Shown here piece after piece: positions 18,335 to 28,179 of a DNA stretch of 32,000 bases (the stretch's first letter is position 1; every line of letters begins with the position of its first letter). The notes under the pieces were generated by a model, which saw nothing but the letters and a program-made list of their open reading frames with translations, ran no database searches and was not told where the DNA came from. The position numbers and the translations under genes were made by a program. The DNA is from an uncultured archaeon (GTDB taxonomy: Archaea > Asgardarchaeota > Jordiarchaeia > Jordiarchaeales > Jordiarchaeaceae). The stretch is taken from assembly GCA_964510585.1 (NCBI GenBank), contig CAZECW010000027.1, positions 1 to 32,000 on the forward strand, read 5' to 3'.

Positions 18335-18846
18335 AATGAGCACCACCTTCCCTTCAAAATGGAGAACCACAAAGGCCTAAATGAGTTATGCTTAATAAAT
18401 TTTGCAAATGTGTTATATATACTTCACTGCTTTGCAGGATGTATTTAATTTTCCTGTTTGGTATGCTTTTCGAAAACTTGTGTGTCTCATTTAGCTTTTA
18501 GCGTCTATTCCTACTGGTTATGTGGTTTTTCATCTATGTTTTCTTAGCAGTGCTTCTTGCGACTCACAAACTATGCTTCCTAAAATGGGTGGATTTAAAA
18601 AGGGGAGCCTTTAAGAGGAATTTTCTTAGCTGAGCCCTTTGTTTGTAAATTCATTTATTTTTCTGTGGCTTCACTCCCCTTGATGGCCAAAAAGTAGATA
18701 CTTTTATTTATAATTGGGGGGAATAATAAGAAAAGAACCAATTGTTTGAGAATATGTGGTGAAAAAACAAGTTTGTTTCTATGTTTTTGGGAGGGTTGCG
18801 GTGTTATTACTTGGTGTGTTGTGTGAATTAGAGTTTTTGTGAAGGG

Positions 18847-20289
18847 GTGGCTGAGTTAAAATTGCTGGGAAAAGTCTTTAAACCCGTTTGGGAGGCTCTC
18901 GCAGTCCTTTTGGCGGGTAAATGTGAAAAGTGTGGTCGGGAACGTTTACTCTCAATTTTTGATTCATTTACTGGAAGGAGCGAATTTGTCTGTGAAGGTT
19001 GCTTGTTGGTCTCTGCTTTTTTGAAGCCTTTGATTCGCTTGTTTTTCTTCCGTATTGGTGTTGATAATAGTACACTAAGTGGGCTATTGGAGGATGATTT
19101 GATTCGCAAGTGCATGCTTAGTGTAATTAGGGGCGTAGCTCTTTTTGGAATGAGGAATCCTCAGCCTACCGGTGCTCCGGTGACTGTTGTTTGGAACTTC
19201 ACCAACAGGTGCAATCTTAACTGTTTACACTGCCATCAGGACTCCTCGGCCCACGCATCTGAACCGGAACTGACAACGTCTCAAGCCTTCAAGGTTGTTG
19301 ATAACCTGGGCGAGGCGGGGGTAGCTGTTTTAACCTTTTCTGGGGGTGAACCGCTTCTACGTAGAGACGTTTACCAAGTAATCAGAAGATCTGATGACTG
19401 CGGGATGCTCTGCACAATCGCCTCAAACGGAACCCTTATGACCCCAATGGTTGTAGAAAGGTTGGCTAGGGCGGGGATTAAGCGGGTGGAAATAGGATTG
19501 GACGGAGCAAGGGCTGAAACCCACGATTTTCTGAGAAACAAGCCTGGAAGTTTTGAAGCAACAGTTGAGGGAATAAAGAACTGCGCAAGGCAGGGCTTTG
19601 AAGAGTTGGCCACCACAATGACACTATACTCAAAAAACATCAACGAGCTTGAAGAAACAATGGAGTTAGCAGAGAAGCTGGGAGCAACTAGGTTCTATTT
19701 AAACCGACTTATACCTGCTGGTCGAGGAAGGGAATCAATACACCTTGACGTGACGCCCGAGGAAAAAATTAGAGCACTCGAAACCCTGTACAAAAAATTC
19801 TATAAAAGCATTGTTAGAGGAGGGGGCATGCAGTGCTATGCTCGGGGAATGACCTACTACGCTCGACTAGGTTATGAGCGTTCAGGTGGAAAAATTTTCA
19901 CGGTAAGCGAAGCCCTCTCTGGCTACGAGAACATGTTTCAAAGAAAGTTCGGCCTGGAAGTTTCCAAAATTGTGAGAAGGCTTGCCTCCGGTTTCGGTGG
20001 ATGCTCAGCTGGCATAACCTATGCAGGGCTCACCCCATCCGGAGACCTCCTACCCTGCGTTCCCGCCCCCATAAAACTGGGAAACCTCCTAGAAAAAAGC
20101 CTAGAGGAAATTTGGGTTCACAACGAAACACTAAACTATATCAGAAACAGAAAAGATTTGAGGGGCTCCTGCAAAAAATGTGCATACAATTGGATATGTG
20201 GCGGTTGCAGATACACCGCTTATGTGGCTACCAAAGATTGGCTGGGCCCCGACACTTCCTGTCCTTTCGGCCCAAAAATCTACGCCTAA
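18847..20289 (+). CDS. Radical SAM / SPASM domain protein (NirJ/PqqE/Ahb-like subgroup) with N-terminal Cys-pair extension
   Basis: CNLNCLHC, FSGGEPLL, IASNGT. SPASM motifs GCSAG...GDLLPC...CKKC...CGGCR...D-x-x-C. Confidence 0.92.
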   Translation: MAELKLLGKVFKPVWEALAVLLAGKCEKCGRERLLSIFDSFTGRSEFVCEGCLLVSAFLKPLIRLFFFRIGVDNSTLSGLLEDDLIRKCMLSVIRGVALFGMRNPQPTGAPVTVVWNFTNRCNLNCLHCHQDSSAHASEPELTTSQAFKVVDNLGEAGVAVLTFSGGEPLLRRDVYQVIRRSDDCGMLCTIASNGTLMTPMVVERLARAGIKRVEIGLDGARAETHDFLRNKPGSFEATVEGIKNCARQGFEELATTMTLYSKNINELEETMELAEKLGATRFYLNRLIPAGRGRESIHLDVTPEEKIRALETLYKKFYKSIVRGGGMQCYARGMTYYARLGYERSGGKIFTVSEALSGYENMFQRKFGLEVSKIVRRLASGFGGCSAGITYAGLTPSGDLLPCVPAPIKLGNLLEKSLEEIWVHNETLNYIRNRKDLRGSCKKCAYNWICGGCRYTAYVATKDWLGPDTSCPFGPKIYA

Positions 20290-20532
20290 AAATTCAACTA
20301 ATGAACCAACAAAGAAAGATTCGAAAAATGAAGCAGTTCATCGGAAAAAAGGATTAGTGAGGATTAAAGGAAAAATCTGTACTGAGGTTTTGCGGTTAAC
20401 AAGCAGGACACTATTTCTTCCCTTTGCCCTGCAGAATTTATGATGCCATTCGTTCATTAGTTCCCCAAAAGTTTGTTAGGCGGTTTGCTCACCACTTCCC
20501 TTCCACCGCTAATCCTTTGAGTAATAACAGGC

Positions 20533-20562
20533 ACCATTTTCTGGTGAAAATGGTTTTTGTTT
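20533..20562 (+). terminator. Possible terminator hairpin ACCATTTTC-tggt-GAAAATGGT followed by a T tract
   Basis: Perfect 9-bp stem at 20533-20554 between the convergent radical SAM and HEPN genes. Confidence 0.35.
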
Positions 20563-20718
20563 CTGCTTCCCTTTCTTTGGGGATTTATGTGCATTTCGAC
20601 CGGTAAAATATTGACGCAAGACTAAAACTGTCATAAGCAGTCTTTTGACCTTTCAAAGATTTATCATAATTATTCCGAGGAATCGAGTCTATTTCCTCAG
20701 TAAATCCTTCACCCTCTC

Positions 20719-21105
20719 CTAGAATTCTTTTAAGAATCCACTATCATTCTGGAGTATACTGTAAACCTTATTCATGTCTGAATTCCAGTACATGTGAACC
20801 AGCATGTTTCGGAAACCCGCTAGGTCTGATAAATTGTTTGCTAAATCAGTTAGTATTATGTTTGATTCTGAAAGTATCTCGAAAGTTTCCTTATAAGTTA
20901 AAGGCTTTCTATGCCCCCTTTCCGCAATTACATGGTTAGCAATATCTATTGCCGACTGAATGCTTACCAGCATGGCGTGTAAAACCATGTTTCTCTTATC
21001 TCTATCTTTTGCTAAATCCTCTTTTGAAATAGACTGATAACGCTCCCAGTCACTAAGAGACGCTTTTAATTCCTGCAAATGCTGCAGTATTCCCTCCACG
21101 TCCAT
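20719..21105 (-). CDS. hepT: HEPN/DUF86 (HepT-like) ribonuclease toxin, probably truncated by a premature TAG
   Basis: SIQSAIDIANHVIAE and catalytic FRNMLVHMY (R-x4-H-x-Y). The frame continues past the TAG as ERVKDLLRK to a second TAG at 20689-20691. Confidence 0.85.
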   Translation of the reverse strand: MDVEGILQHLQELKASLSDWERYQSISKEDLAKDRDKRNMVLHAMLVSIQSAIDIANHVIAERGHRKPLTYKETFEILSESNIILTDLANNLSDLAGFRNMLVHMYWNSDMNKVYSILQNDSGFLKEF

Positions 21106-21107
21106 AA

Positions 21108-21517
21108 CTATATCCTCGCTAGAAATTTTTTGTTAAACCAGTCAAGAGTCTCCTTGTAGTCGAGATAGTTTGAGATAACCTCAGCCTCAAATCTCACGCG
21201 CTTAACATTATCCCTAGAAAAAACAAGCTGGTCGCTCCTTATCACCTCATACTGGAAGGTGACTGGAGCCGTGTTAAGATCTTTTACGTCAAACTAGTCG
21301 AGGCTTCACCTTACTCTCCAAAGCCCTTGCAACACTCATAGTAAACTTCATCAAACCGTAGGAATCATAATCTCCCCCCCACATAGATAGCTACATCTAC
21401 ATCTCTAAATCCCCGATCTCCAAGAAAAGAGCCGAAAACGTATCCAAAATCAACATCGCCGAACCCCCACAGAACCCCACCAATCCTTCCCAGTATTTCT
21501 TCCCTTTCCTGAACCAA
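21108..21517 (-). pseudogene. mntA: MNT (minimal nucleotidyltransferase, MntA-like) antitoxin with two frameshifts
   Basis: Not in the ORF track; reconstructed by hand. From TTG at 21517 (after GGAGG): VQEREEILGRIG...YVFGSFLGDRGFRDVDVAIYV / (shift at G7 run 21374-21380) GDYDSYGLMKF...KVKPRL / (shift near 21293) FDVKDLNTAPVTFQYEVIR...FEAEVISNYLDYKETLDWFNKKFLARI*. Ends 2 nt before the HEPN ATG. Confidence 0.88.
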
Positions 21518-22381
21518 GAGCGAACCTCCAAAAACCAGTAAACCTATTCAGCAAAAAATAATAATCAGACTATAATATTTAAGACCTTCTGTGCCGAGGG
21601 AACACTAAAATCTGGAAAACTATTTTTGCAAGTTTTAATCATCCAAAGCTAAATGGAAGGGTTAAAAATGAGCCCCAAACCTCCCCGACTGGAAACTACG
21701 TTTTTTCGCTTTTAGGCTTATGAGAAAGATTATGGCAACCAAGTTCCAAGATAGAGAAAAATAAAGACCCTTTGAGGTGATAGAAACAGAAAAACTGAAA
21801 CTCTCAGATAAAATGGTTAAAAACCGGTGAACTTTTCTCTGCCACTTTACCAATTTCTAGTGTTGATGATTACGGTGGATAAAGGTGGAGCTCCTGGCAC
21901 TCTAGAATTTTTATCCTCTACTCTTCAAACTCATAACATAGCAAAAACCAGTATTATACCGAAAATGTGCACGTTTCATAACTCCAAACTCTTTAGTCAA
22001 AGGGAAAAACACACCCTAAAACTCGGGCATAAAAAGGCGTTGGGAATTAATTAACCAAAAAATTGGAGTAGATCTTCATAGCTGCTAGTCCAAGGAATAT
22101 GGTAAAAGATCTATCAGAGCATTATGTACACGCATCGAAATCCGGCCAGAGGCAAATCCCCTAAAAAGTTTCTAGGAAGTAACTTTAACACTCCTAAAAA
22201 TTTGGGTTCGGAAAAAGAGGAGAAACCGAATCTCTATCATCCTTCGGAAATACATGGTGCTTATGGGAAAATAATAGGGACACACGGTGAGACTTGATGC
22301 AGTAACCTCGGATAATGTTCAGAGAGGCTGGAAGAGCCCCCCTAAAATGTTGTACAAAGGCTTTTTACGTCCAAATATGAG

Positions 22382-25246
22382 TTATTTTACTCGCCTTTTA
22401 TCTAATTGTTCGATGAGGTTCATAAGTTCTTTCTTAAGTTTTTCTTTGCGTTTTAATTCTTTAGCGGTTATTACTCCCCCCTGTTCTTTTCTCTGCAATT
22501 CGTCGATTTGCATGCGGATTTCAATGAATCTGTCCCTTATGGTTTCTATCCCCTCTTTGTCTTGTGAGATCTCCCACATGGATTCTATGGTGTAGGGTAC
22601 CTTGCTTAGAATTATGCTTGTTCGGATATAATCCATTTGAATCTTGTCATATCTGGGTTCTATCTGAGATTTTCTGGCTTGAAAATCCATTTCACTAATT
22701 TTTCCTTCGCGATATTCCTGGTTCAGTTTCTGCAACTTTAAGCCCAGATTGTTGAGTTCCTCTTGGAGCTTCTCCCGTTCCCTAAGCAGTTTCACAATTT
22801 TCTTTCTCTGAAGTGTCTCTACCTTATCCAAATCAATCAAGGAAGACAATATCTCCAATAGAGAAGCCTTTAATGTTGAAACTTCACCCTTCCAATTTAC
22901 AAGCTTTTCCCAGTTTTGCTCCTCAGCGCTAGACACAAATTCACGTAGCCTTTTTCTAATCCATTTCTCTTCTTCCACAGTGACACCACTGGTGATACAG
23001 GTTGCGGTCAGTATATTTCCATCCTCCCGAATAAAGGTGCCGAACTCCGTCTCCAACTTTCTCAGACCGCCCTTCTTCATCTCGGCAAGGAAAGTCTTAA
23101 CCGCTGACATAAAGCCCGAAACCAAAGTCGCATCCTGTTCCATCTTGAAAAAGTCAAAAGCCCACACAGTAACACCACTTGGAATGTAGTCAACAATAAT
23201 GTTCTCAAGACTAGCCATAGCCCTCAACGGAACCATGCGTCTCCTATGTACTCTACTAGCCACCATTCCCCCCACAGCCGCCAATCCCACAACAACTCCT
23301 AAAGCGAGGTAACGTGTAATTTTCTGATTTTGCTCAGATAACATATTAGACACTAACAGGATTAAACCAGTTACCTCGGGATTAATAACCACGTAATATG
23401 GAGCCTTAAAGTTAATGGTAACAGTACCAGAAACACTCGACGCATAAAATCTTACGCCACTAGCTACGAAACGAATTTCGTGAACTCCAAAATCTGTGCC
23501 AAAATCCACAATGAAACTATAAGTACCGTTCCCATAATCCGTTTTATTATAAATAGGTAAAACCTTCGCACCCTCATAGGCCATTATTGCAGCACCAGCC
23601 AACCCCTCCCCTGTTACATTATCATAGTAGAAAAGAGTTATTGGGACAGTATTAGGATACTCAACATGTTCAGGAAAACTAGTCACAACCAAGCCAGTAG
23701 CAATTAGAGGCACAATTTCCAGAACAGTTTCATTATATCCCACTGATAATCCATCCCTAAAACTAATCGTCACATTAAACATTCCGTGGGTGGTGGCTGT
23801 ACTTCTCACATTCCAACTAAACACCACACTAGGAACACCCGACAAAGCCTTCGTATTTGTATAATTCAACCTTTGAGATGAATCATAAATATCCAGAGTC
23901 ACACTTCCACTAACAGAAGCATCAAAGCTCACAGCGATCTCAAGAAAATCATCCAGGGTGGCGTTTTCAACAGGAACCCCACCAACCATAAAACCTATGC
24001 CGGAAAGATAATTGGGAGCCGTGCAGTTAACAGTCCAAGTACCATTACCAGCAACAAAACTAATAGCATCGGGAGGGTGAGAGTCCAATGCAACCCAATT
24101 GGCACCATCAAAAGCCATCGAGCTCGAATCACCCCAGTCTGAAGGAATACCCGTAATGTTAATATGATTAACACCAGTGCCAGTCATAGGGAAGGCGTTT
24201 TCAGCATCGATGGTAACATTCCAAAAAGCGTCACTATTATTATAAACAACAAAATTAGTTGTAGCAGTGAAATTCCTGGCGTAGGTTACGTTCCAAACAT
24301 AAGAAAAACTAACAGGGGCCCACCATGTAGAAGCTACATCATAAAAGATATATCCCGTTGAAACAGGTGTTTCGCTACCGCTAATCCAGTTTCCATTACC
24401 CCTACTGGCGTCTAAAACAGTTGAACCATTAATAGTTAAACCCACTTCTGATGGAAGAAAAATATTACTAACATTTACTTTCAGCTTAAAATCAACATTC
24501 AACGGTGACCAGGTTCCAGACTGGTATTCGTATGCGTATCCTCCACTAGACGGTGAGACTTGTTTCCAGTAAAACTTGGAGGAGTCTATGTTTTCAATAC
24601 CGATGAAAAACGTGTTATCAAATGTAGTGGAAGTGTCAAGGAATTGATGGCCAAAATCCACATCAAACCAAATGGGGTTACCAGAGGGTATAGAAATGGT
24701 TGAAACATTTTTAATTAAATTATTCGGTACGGGCACTCCACCGCTGTTAATTGCATTGTAGACATAAAAGTGACCGATGCTTCCCCCACCGGGCGACCTT
24801 AACTCAACACTAACATTATCCAGGTAGGCGTTACTCGTCAATCTAAATGACATGGCAAGAAGGCTAATTTTTGTGTCGCCGTTGTACGGGTTAGGATTTG
24901 GTTCAATTGTAGTATTTGGTGCATTAATACCAGTGAGTGTTAGGTTTGCCCAGATGATTTTCCAACCGCTGGGACAGGGAACATAAATATCTGAAGAAGT
25001 GTTCGTGTAATTTGGCACATTATCATAATTGTTTGTAATATACAATAAAGCATTTAATTGATCTCCGCTGCCCGTGTATGATTTTGTCATGTTGTCCAAG
25101 TTATTCAAGTTTAGGAAGGTGAGGGGCTGATTCGGGCTTAATGTGGCGAGTATAGCGATTGTTGAAATGGCAAAAATCAGAAAGGTTGCTAACGCTACCC
25201 TTTCTTTCAATTTTATCCTCCCAAAGATAGAATTTTTAGTCTTCAT
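22382..25246 (-). CDS. Large receptor-like membrane glycoprotein: ectodomain, TM helix, cytosolic longin-like domain and coiled coil
   Basis: N-terminal signal/anchor VALATFLIFAISTIAILATL. About 600-aa beta-rich region with ~23 N-x-S/T sequons. TM YLALGVVVGLAAVGGMVA-SRVHRRR, then IIVDYIPSGVTVW...DATLVSGFMSAVKTFLAE (longin-like) and charged heptads. Confidence 0.8.
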   Translation of the reverse strand: MKTKNSIFGRIKLKERVALATFLIFAISTIAILATLSPNQPLTFLNLNNLDNMTKSYTGSGDQLNALLYITNNYDNVPNYTNTSSDIYVPCPSGWKIIWANLTLTGINAPNTTIEPNPNPYNGDTKISLLAMSFRLTSNAYLDNVSVELRSPGGGSIGHFYVYNAINSGGVPVPNNLIKNVSTISIPSGNPIWFDVDFGHQFLDTSTTFDNTFFIGIENIDSSKFYWKQVSPSSGGYAYEYQSGTWSPLNVDFKLKVNVSNIFLPSEVGLTINGSTVLDASRGNGNWISGSETPVSTGYIFYDVASTWWAPVSFSYVWNVTYARNFTATTNFVVYNNSDAFWNVTIDAENAFPMTGTGVNHINITGIPSDWGDSSSMAFDGANWVALDSHPPDAISFVAGNGTWTVNCTAPNYLSGIGFMVGGVPVENATLDDFLEIAVSFDASVSGSVTLDIYDSSQRLNYTNTKALSGVPSVVFSWNVRSTATTHGMFNVTISFRDGLSVGYNETVLEIVPLIATGLVVTSFPEHVEYPNTVPITLFYYDNVTGEGLAGAAIMAYEGAKVLPIYNKTDYGNGTYSFIVDFGTDFGVHEIRFVASGVRFYASSVSGTVTINFKAPYYVVINPEVTGLILLVSNMLSEQNQKITRYLALGVVVGLAAVGGMVASRVHRRRMVPLRAMASLENIIVDYIPSGVTVWAFDFFKMEQDATLVSGFMSAVKTFLAEMKKGGLRKLETEFGTFIREDGNILTATCITSGVTVEEEKWIRKRLREFVSSAEEQNWEKLVNWKGEVSTLKASLLEILSSLIDLDKVETLQRKKIVKLLREREKLQEELNNLGLKLQKLNQEYREGKISEMDFQARKSQIEPRYDKIQMDYIRTSIILSKVPYTIESMWEISQDKEGIETIRDRFIEIRMQIDELQRKEQGGVITAKELKRKEKLKKELMNLIEQLDKRRVK

Positions 25247-26199
25247 TTTTGGATTCTTGAGGTCTTCCCAATTTTTCGCCCTTAAATAATTTATATAATA
25301 ATAAGTATTTTTAAATATTTACTTCTATAAAACATTAGATATTTCAAAAACATTTTTATAAAGATGGCGCCATTTCTCTTCTTTTTGGATAAGAATTTAT
25401 TGAGTTAAGTAAAATGGAATAGTAATAATCACAAAGTTGCAGAAAATTCTCCATCAAAATTACCTTCAAAAAACATCCAACGTATGGATTTCACTCCAAA
25501 AGAGAAGAATGAACGAATAAGTGCGGAGGAATAACTAAATAAAGGGAGGTAAGGGTGTGACCAGAGTACATAAACCGTTAACTCTTAGTTAAAAATATTA
25601 TCAATCAATCGGGATAAGGCATCGACAATTGTTGATTTATGTTGGCGTGCCGGTGCTGCTCTTCCTTTGAAATTTAAAAAACTTTACGCAGTTGGGCGGG
25701 TATGTGTAGGGTTGATGATGGAATTGATTGATTTACCCTTCTCTTTCTATTTTAGCCCTTTTTTGGACATTTTTTGAAAAAAGGGGAATAAATAATCCCT
25801 GTGTCCATATGTTTAAACAACGCTCCTAGAATGTGGCTTGTTTTGATCCGCCTGTTTTTTAGCCTCTATGCTCCTTTTTTCCAGTGACATTTTCTGCACA
25901 GTGATGTCAAAAAGAGCGGAAAACAGATTCATCAAACCCAGCAACACCAGATTCTTAACACAAGGAGCGGCGATTAAACATATTGGAATAATTCTGTTTT
26001 TCACAAATTCAGGGTAAAAAGAGTTTAGTCTCATCACTTGTGTAATCCGCCCATAAAGTAATCTTCAACTGTATAACTCTTATAAAAGAATATGAGAGGC
26101 AGCTACAAAATTATCTGCGTAGATCTCCTATGTAGGTTGGGGAAGGGGTGGGCTTCTTTTTATTTTTCTGGTATTTTATTTTTGGGTTTGTTTTTTGTG

Positions 26200-26214
26200 C
26201 AAAAGATTTATATA
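26200..26214 (+). promoter_or_regulatory. Archaeal BRE/TATA promoter of the PadR operon
   Basis: CAAAAGA followed by TTTATATA (26207-26214), about 60 nt upstream of the PadR ATG. Confidence 0.55.
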
Positions 26215-26235
26215 TATCTTAATGCGACATATTAC

Positions 26236-26263
26236 ACATATTATATCGTATAACATAATATGT
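26236..26263. promoter_or_regulatory. Inverted repeat ACATATTAT-N10-ATAATATGT, candidate PadR operator
   Basis: Perfect 9-bp arms at 26236-26244 and 26255-26263, between the TATA box and the start codon; an extra half-site ACATATTA at 26227-26234. Confidence 0.55.
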
Positions 26264-26276
26264 CTTGGTGAAAATT

Positions 26277-26636
26277 ATGTCCAAAAAATCCATCCCTCAA
26301 GACCTAGTAGAAAACTGGAAAAGACAGTTACGAAAAGGAATCCTCGAACTCGCCGCCCTATCAAGTGTTGCAGAGGAAGAAGTTCACGGCTATGCATTGA
26401 TAAACCGCCTCAAAGAGTACGGCATTCCGGTAACTTCAAGCACAATATACCCAATACTTCAGAGGCTCACAGACAATAACCTAATAGAATCAAGGTGGGC
26501 GGAGTTCGACCAGGGACACCCCCGAAAATACTACACGATCACGGAACAGGGAAAACTAGTACTCGCAGAACTGAGGGAAGAATGGAGAAACTTTACCAAC
26601 CTAATAAATTCTCTCATCCTGAAAGAAAAGAGGTGA
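26277..26636 (+). CDS. PadR-family transcriptional regulator
   Basis: QLRKGILELAALS...HGYALIN...STIYPILQRL...LIESRW...PRKYYTITEQG is the PadR wHTH signature. ORF 26265..26636; likely ATG at 26277. Confidence 0.93.
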   Translation: MSKKSIPQDLVENWKRQLRKGILELAALSSVAEEEVHGYALINRLKEYGIPVTSSTIYPILQRLTDNNLIESRWAEFDQGHPRKYYTITEQGKLVLAELREEWRNFTNLINSLILKEKR

Positions 26637-26641
26637 AGTGA

Positions 26642-27445
26642 ATGGTAAGCAAAGAAGCAGAAAACATGATAGAAGACTACCTGAAAAAAGTTGAAAAGAG
26701 TATGACTGAAGCGAGCAAAGCCAAGAAGCAAGAGGTACTCAAAACACTGAGATCCCACATAATGGACGCACTACAAGACCAGAAGGGAAAAATGCCCGAA
26801 ACCGAAATAGTCAAAAACACGATAAAAGACTTGGGAGTGCCCAAAACAGAGCGTTTCGCTGAAAAGTTAATACCCTTGATTGTTTTAACAGTCGTTGGCC
26901 TATTCATCCTAACAGTAGAAAACATTGCTGGCCTCATGTACCATTTTTCGCTTCCCTACTTTGTATGCGTTTTCTCCGCGGTAGGAGTATGGGAAGTCTG
27001 GCGTAGAACCATAGGCGAAAGATTTGAGAACAGGAGAATAGACATTATTGGATTCTGGCTGATCTACCTAGTGGCTATAGTTGAACTATTCTTACTTGAA
27101 CATTACATTATTCCAGTAATGGGACCAGCAACCATACTGAAACTTGTAGGATTCGTTTCGGTAAGAGATGCACTCCTTGGGTTTGTTAACCCGCCAATCG
27201 TAGTGGATTTGCTTATGTATGAGGCTCTAAAGTCGCTTTCGTTTGAGATCCTTATCGTTTCAGCCCCAGGCGGAATCGGTTTAACAAGCATGGTTGCACT
27301 AAGCGCAGGTATCATAACAGTTTTGATGTCTGGCTTCTTGATTCTAAGGCCCCAAGAGTTCCAGAGTAAAAAGTGTTCAAACTGTGGGAAAGAAGTCGAA
27401 GGAAACGCGAAGTTTTGCTGGAATTGTGGAGAAGAAATCGCATAA
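26642..27445 (+). CDS. Membrane protein with N-terminal HAAS/DUF1700-like domain and C-terminal zinc ribbon
   Basis: IEDYLKKVEKSM...KQEVLKTLRSHIMDAL...IKDLGVP, several TM helices, CSNCG...FCWNCG. Starts 5 nt after the PadR stop, behind GAGGTGA. Confidence 0.75.
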   Translation: MVSKEAENMIEDYLKKVEKSMTEASKAKKQEVLKTLRSHIMDALQDQKGKMPETEIVKNTIKDLGVPKTERFAEKLIPLIVLTVVGLFILTVENIAGLMYHFSLPYFVCVFSAVGVWEVWRRTIGERFENRRIDIIGFWLIYLVAIVELFLLEHYIIPVMGPATILKLVGFVSVRDALLGFVNPPIVVDLLMYEALKSLSFEILIVSAPGGIGLTSMVALSAGIITVLMSGFLILRPQEFQSKKCSNCGKEVEGNAKFCWNCGEEIA

Positions 27446-27933
27446 CTTCCATCTTCCCTTTTTCACTTTTTTGAGTACTAATTTCCGTCTTTTCTTGGAT
27501 AAGTACAAAAAGAAGAATTAAATTGATAAGAGAGGTTTGTTTCTGTTCCTCTGAAAAATAAGTGGATTGACGACACTATGATAATCACCACCACAATAAA
27601 TGTATCAAGTGGATACCAGCACCAGTCAAATCTAGTCAGAACCAATACAAGTAATATGTTGCTGCATTTATTGGACCGAACTCTTTTGAAACTAAATAAA
27701 CTGTAAAAAAGTTGGGGTTGAAATACTGAATCAGCCAATCGTTATTTAGGAAAACTGAAGGCAATCCTAAAAGTTCAGCGGAGAAAGGTACAGCCTTCTT
27801 TTTCCTGTATAATAATTGTCTCAAAAAAAGTTAATTATCTCCCAAATATTTTGATGTATTAGGATATTATTTTGAACATTTAAAGGACTATTTTCGGTAA
27901 GGATATTATTGAAATTTTTTGGGTGTCAAGAGT

Positions 27934-28179
27934 ATGGTAAAAGTTAGAGTCTATTCGACGCCGGAATGTCCCTATTGCAAGATGGTGAAGGAGTTTTTGA
28001 AGAGAAAGGGTGTAGAATTCGAGGACATAGATATTTCGTATGACGAAGAAGCGGTTAAGGAATTGTTTCAGAAATCTGGGCGATTTGATGTTCCCCAAAT
28101 TGAAATCAACGGAAAAATGATCATGGGATTCGACAAAAAAGCTCTGGAAAAAGAGTTGGAAAACTCCCAAACCAAATAA
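27934..28179 (+). CDS. Glutaredoxin (NrdH/YruB-like)
   Basis: YSTPECPYCKMVKEFL, VPQIEING, MGFD. ORF 27919..28179; likely ATG at 27934. Confidence 0.93.
   Translation: MVKVRVYSTPECPYCKMVKEFLKRKGVEFEDIDISYDEEAVKELFQKSGRFDVPQIEINGKMIMGFDKKALEKELENSQTK

Noticed and set aside
20719-20721. Pyrrolysine read-through of the TAG in the HEPN gene
   Set aside because: No pyl genes or other in-frame ambers in the window; a nonsense mutation is simpler given the broken partner gene.
21560-22380. Short ORFs in the gap between the toxin-antitoxin pair and the large membrane protein
   Set aside because: Frequent stops in all frames, no recognisable motif, no terminal inverted repeats.
25813-26037. 74-aa minus-strand ORF upstream of PadR
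   Set aside because: No domain signal or RBS; lies in a long AT-rich spacer.
27478-27824. Two hydrophobic minus-strand ORFs, possibly a decayed membrane-protein gene
   Set aside because: Could not be joined into a recognisable protein; hydrophobicity may just reflect T-rich DNA.
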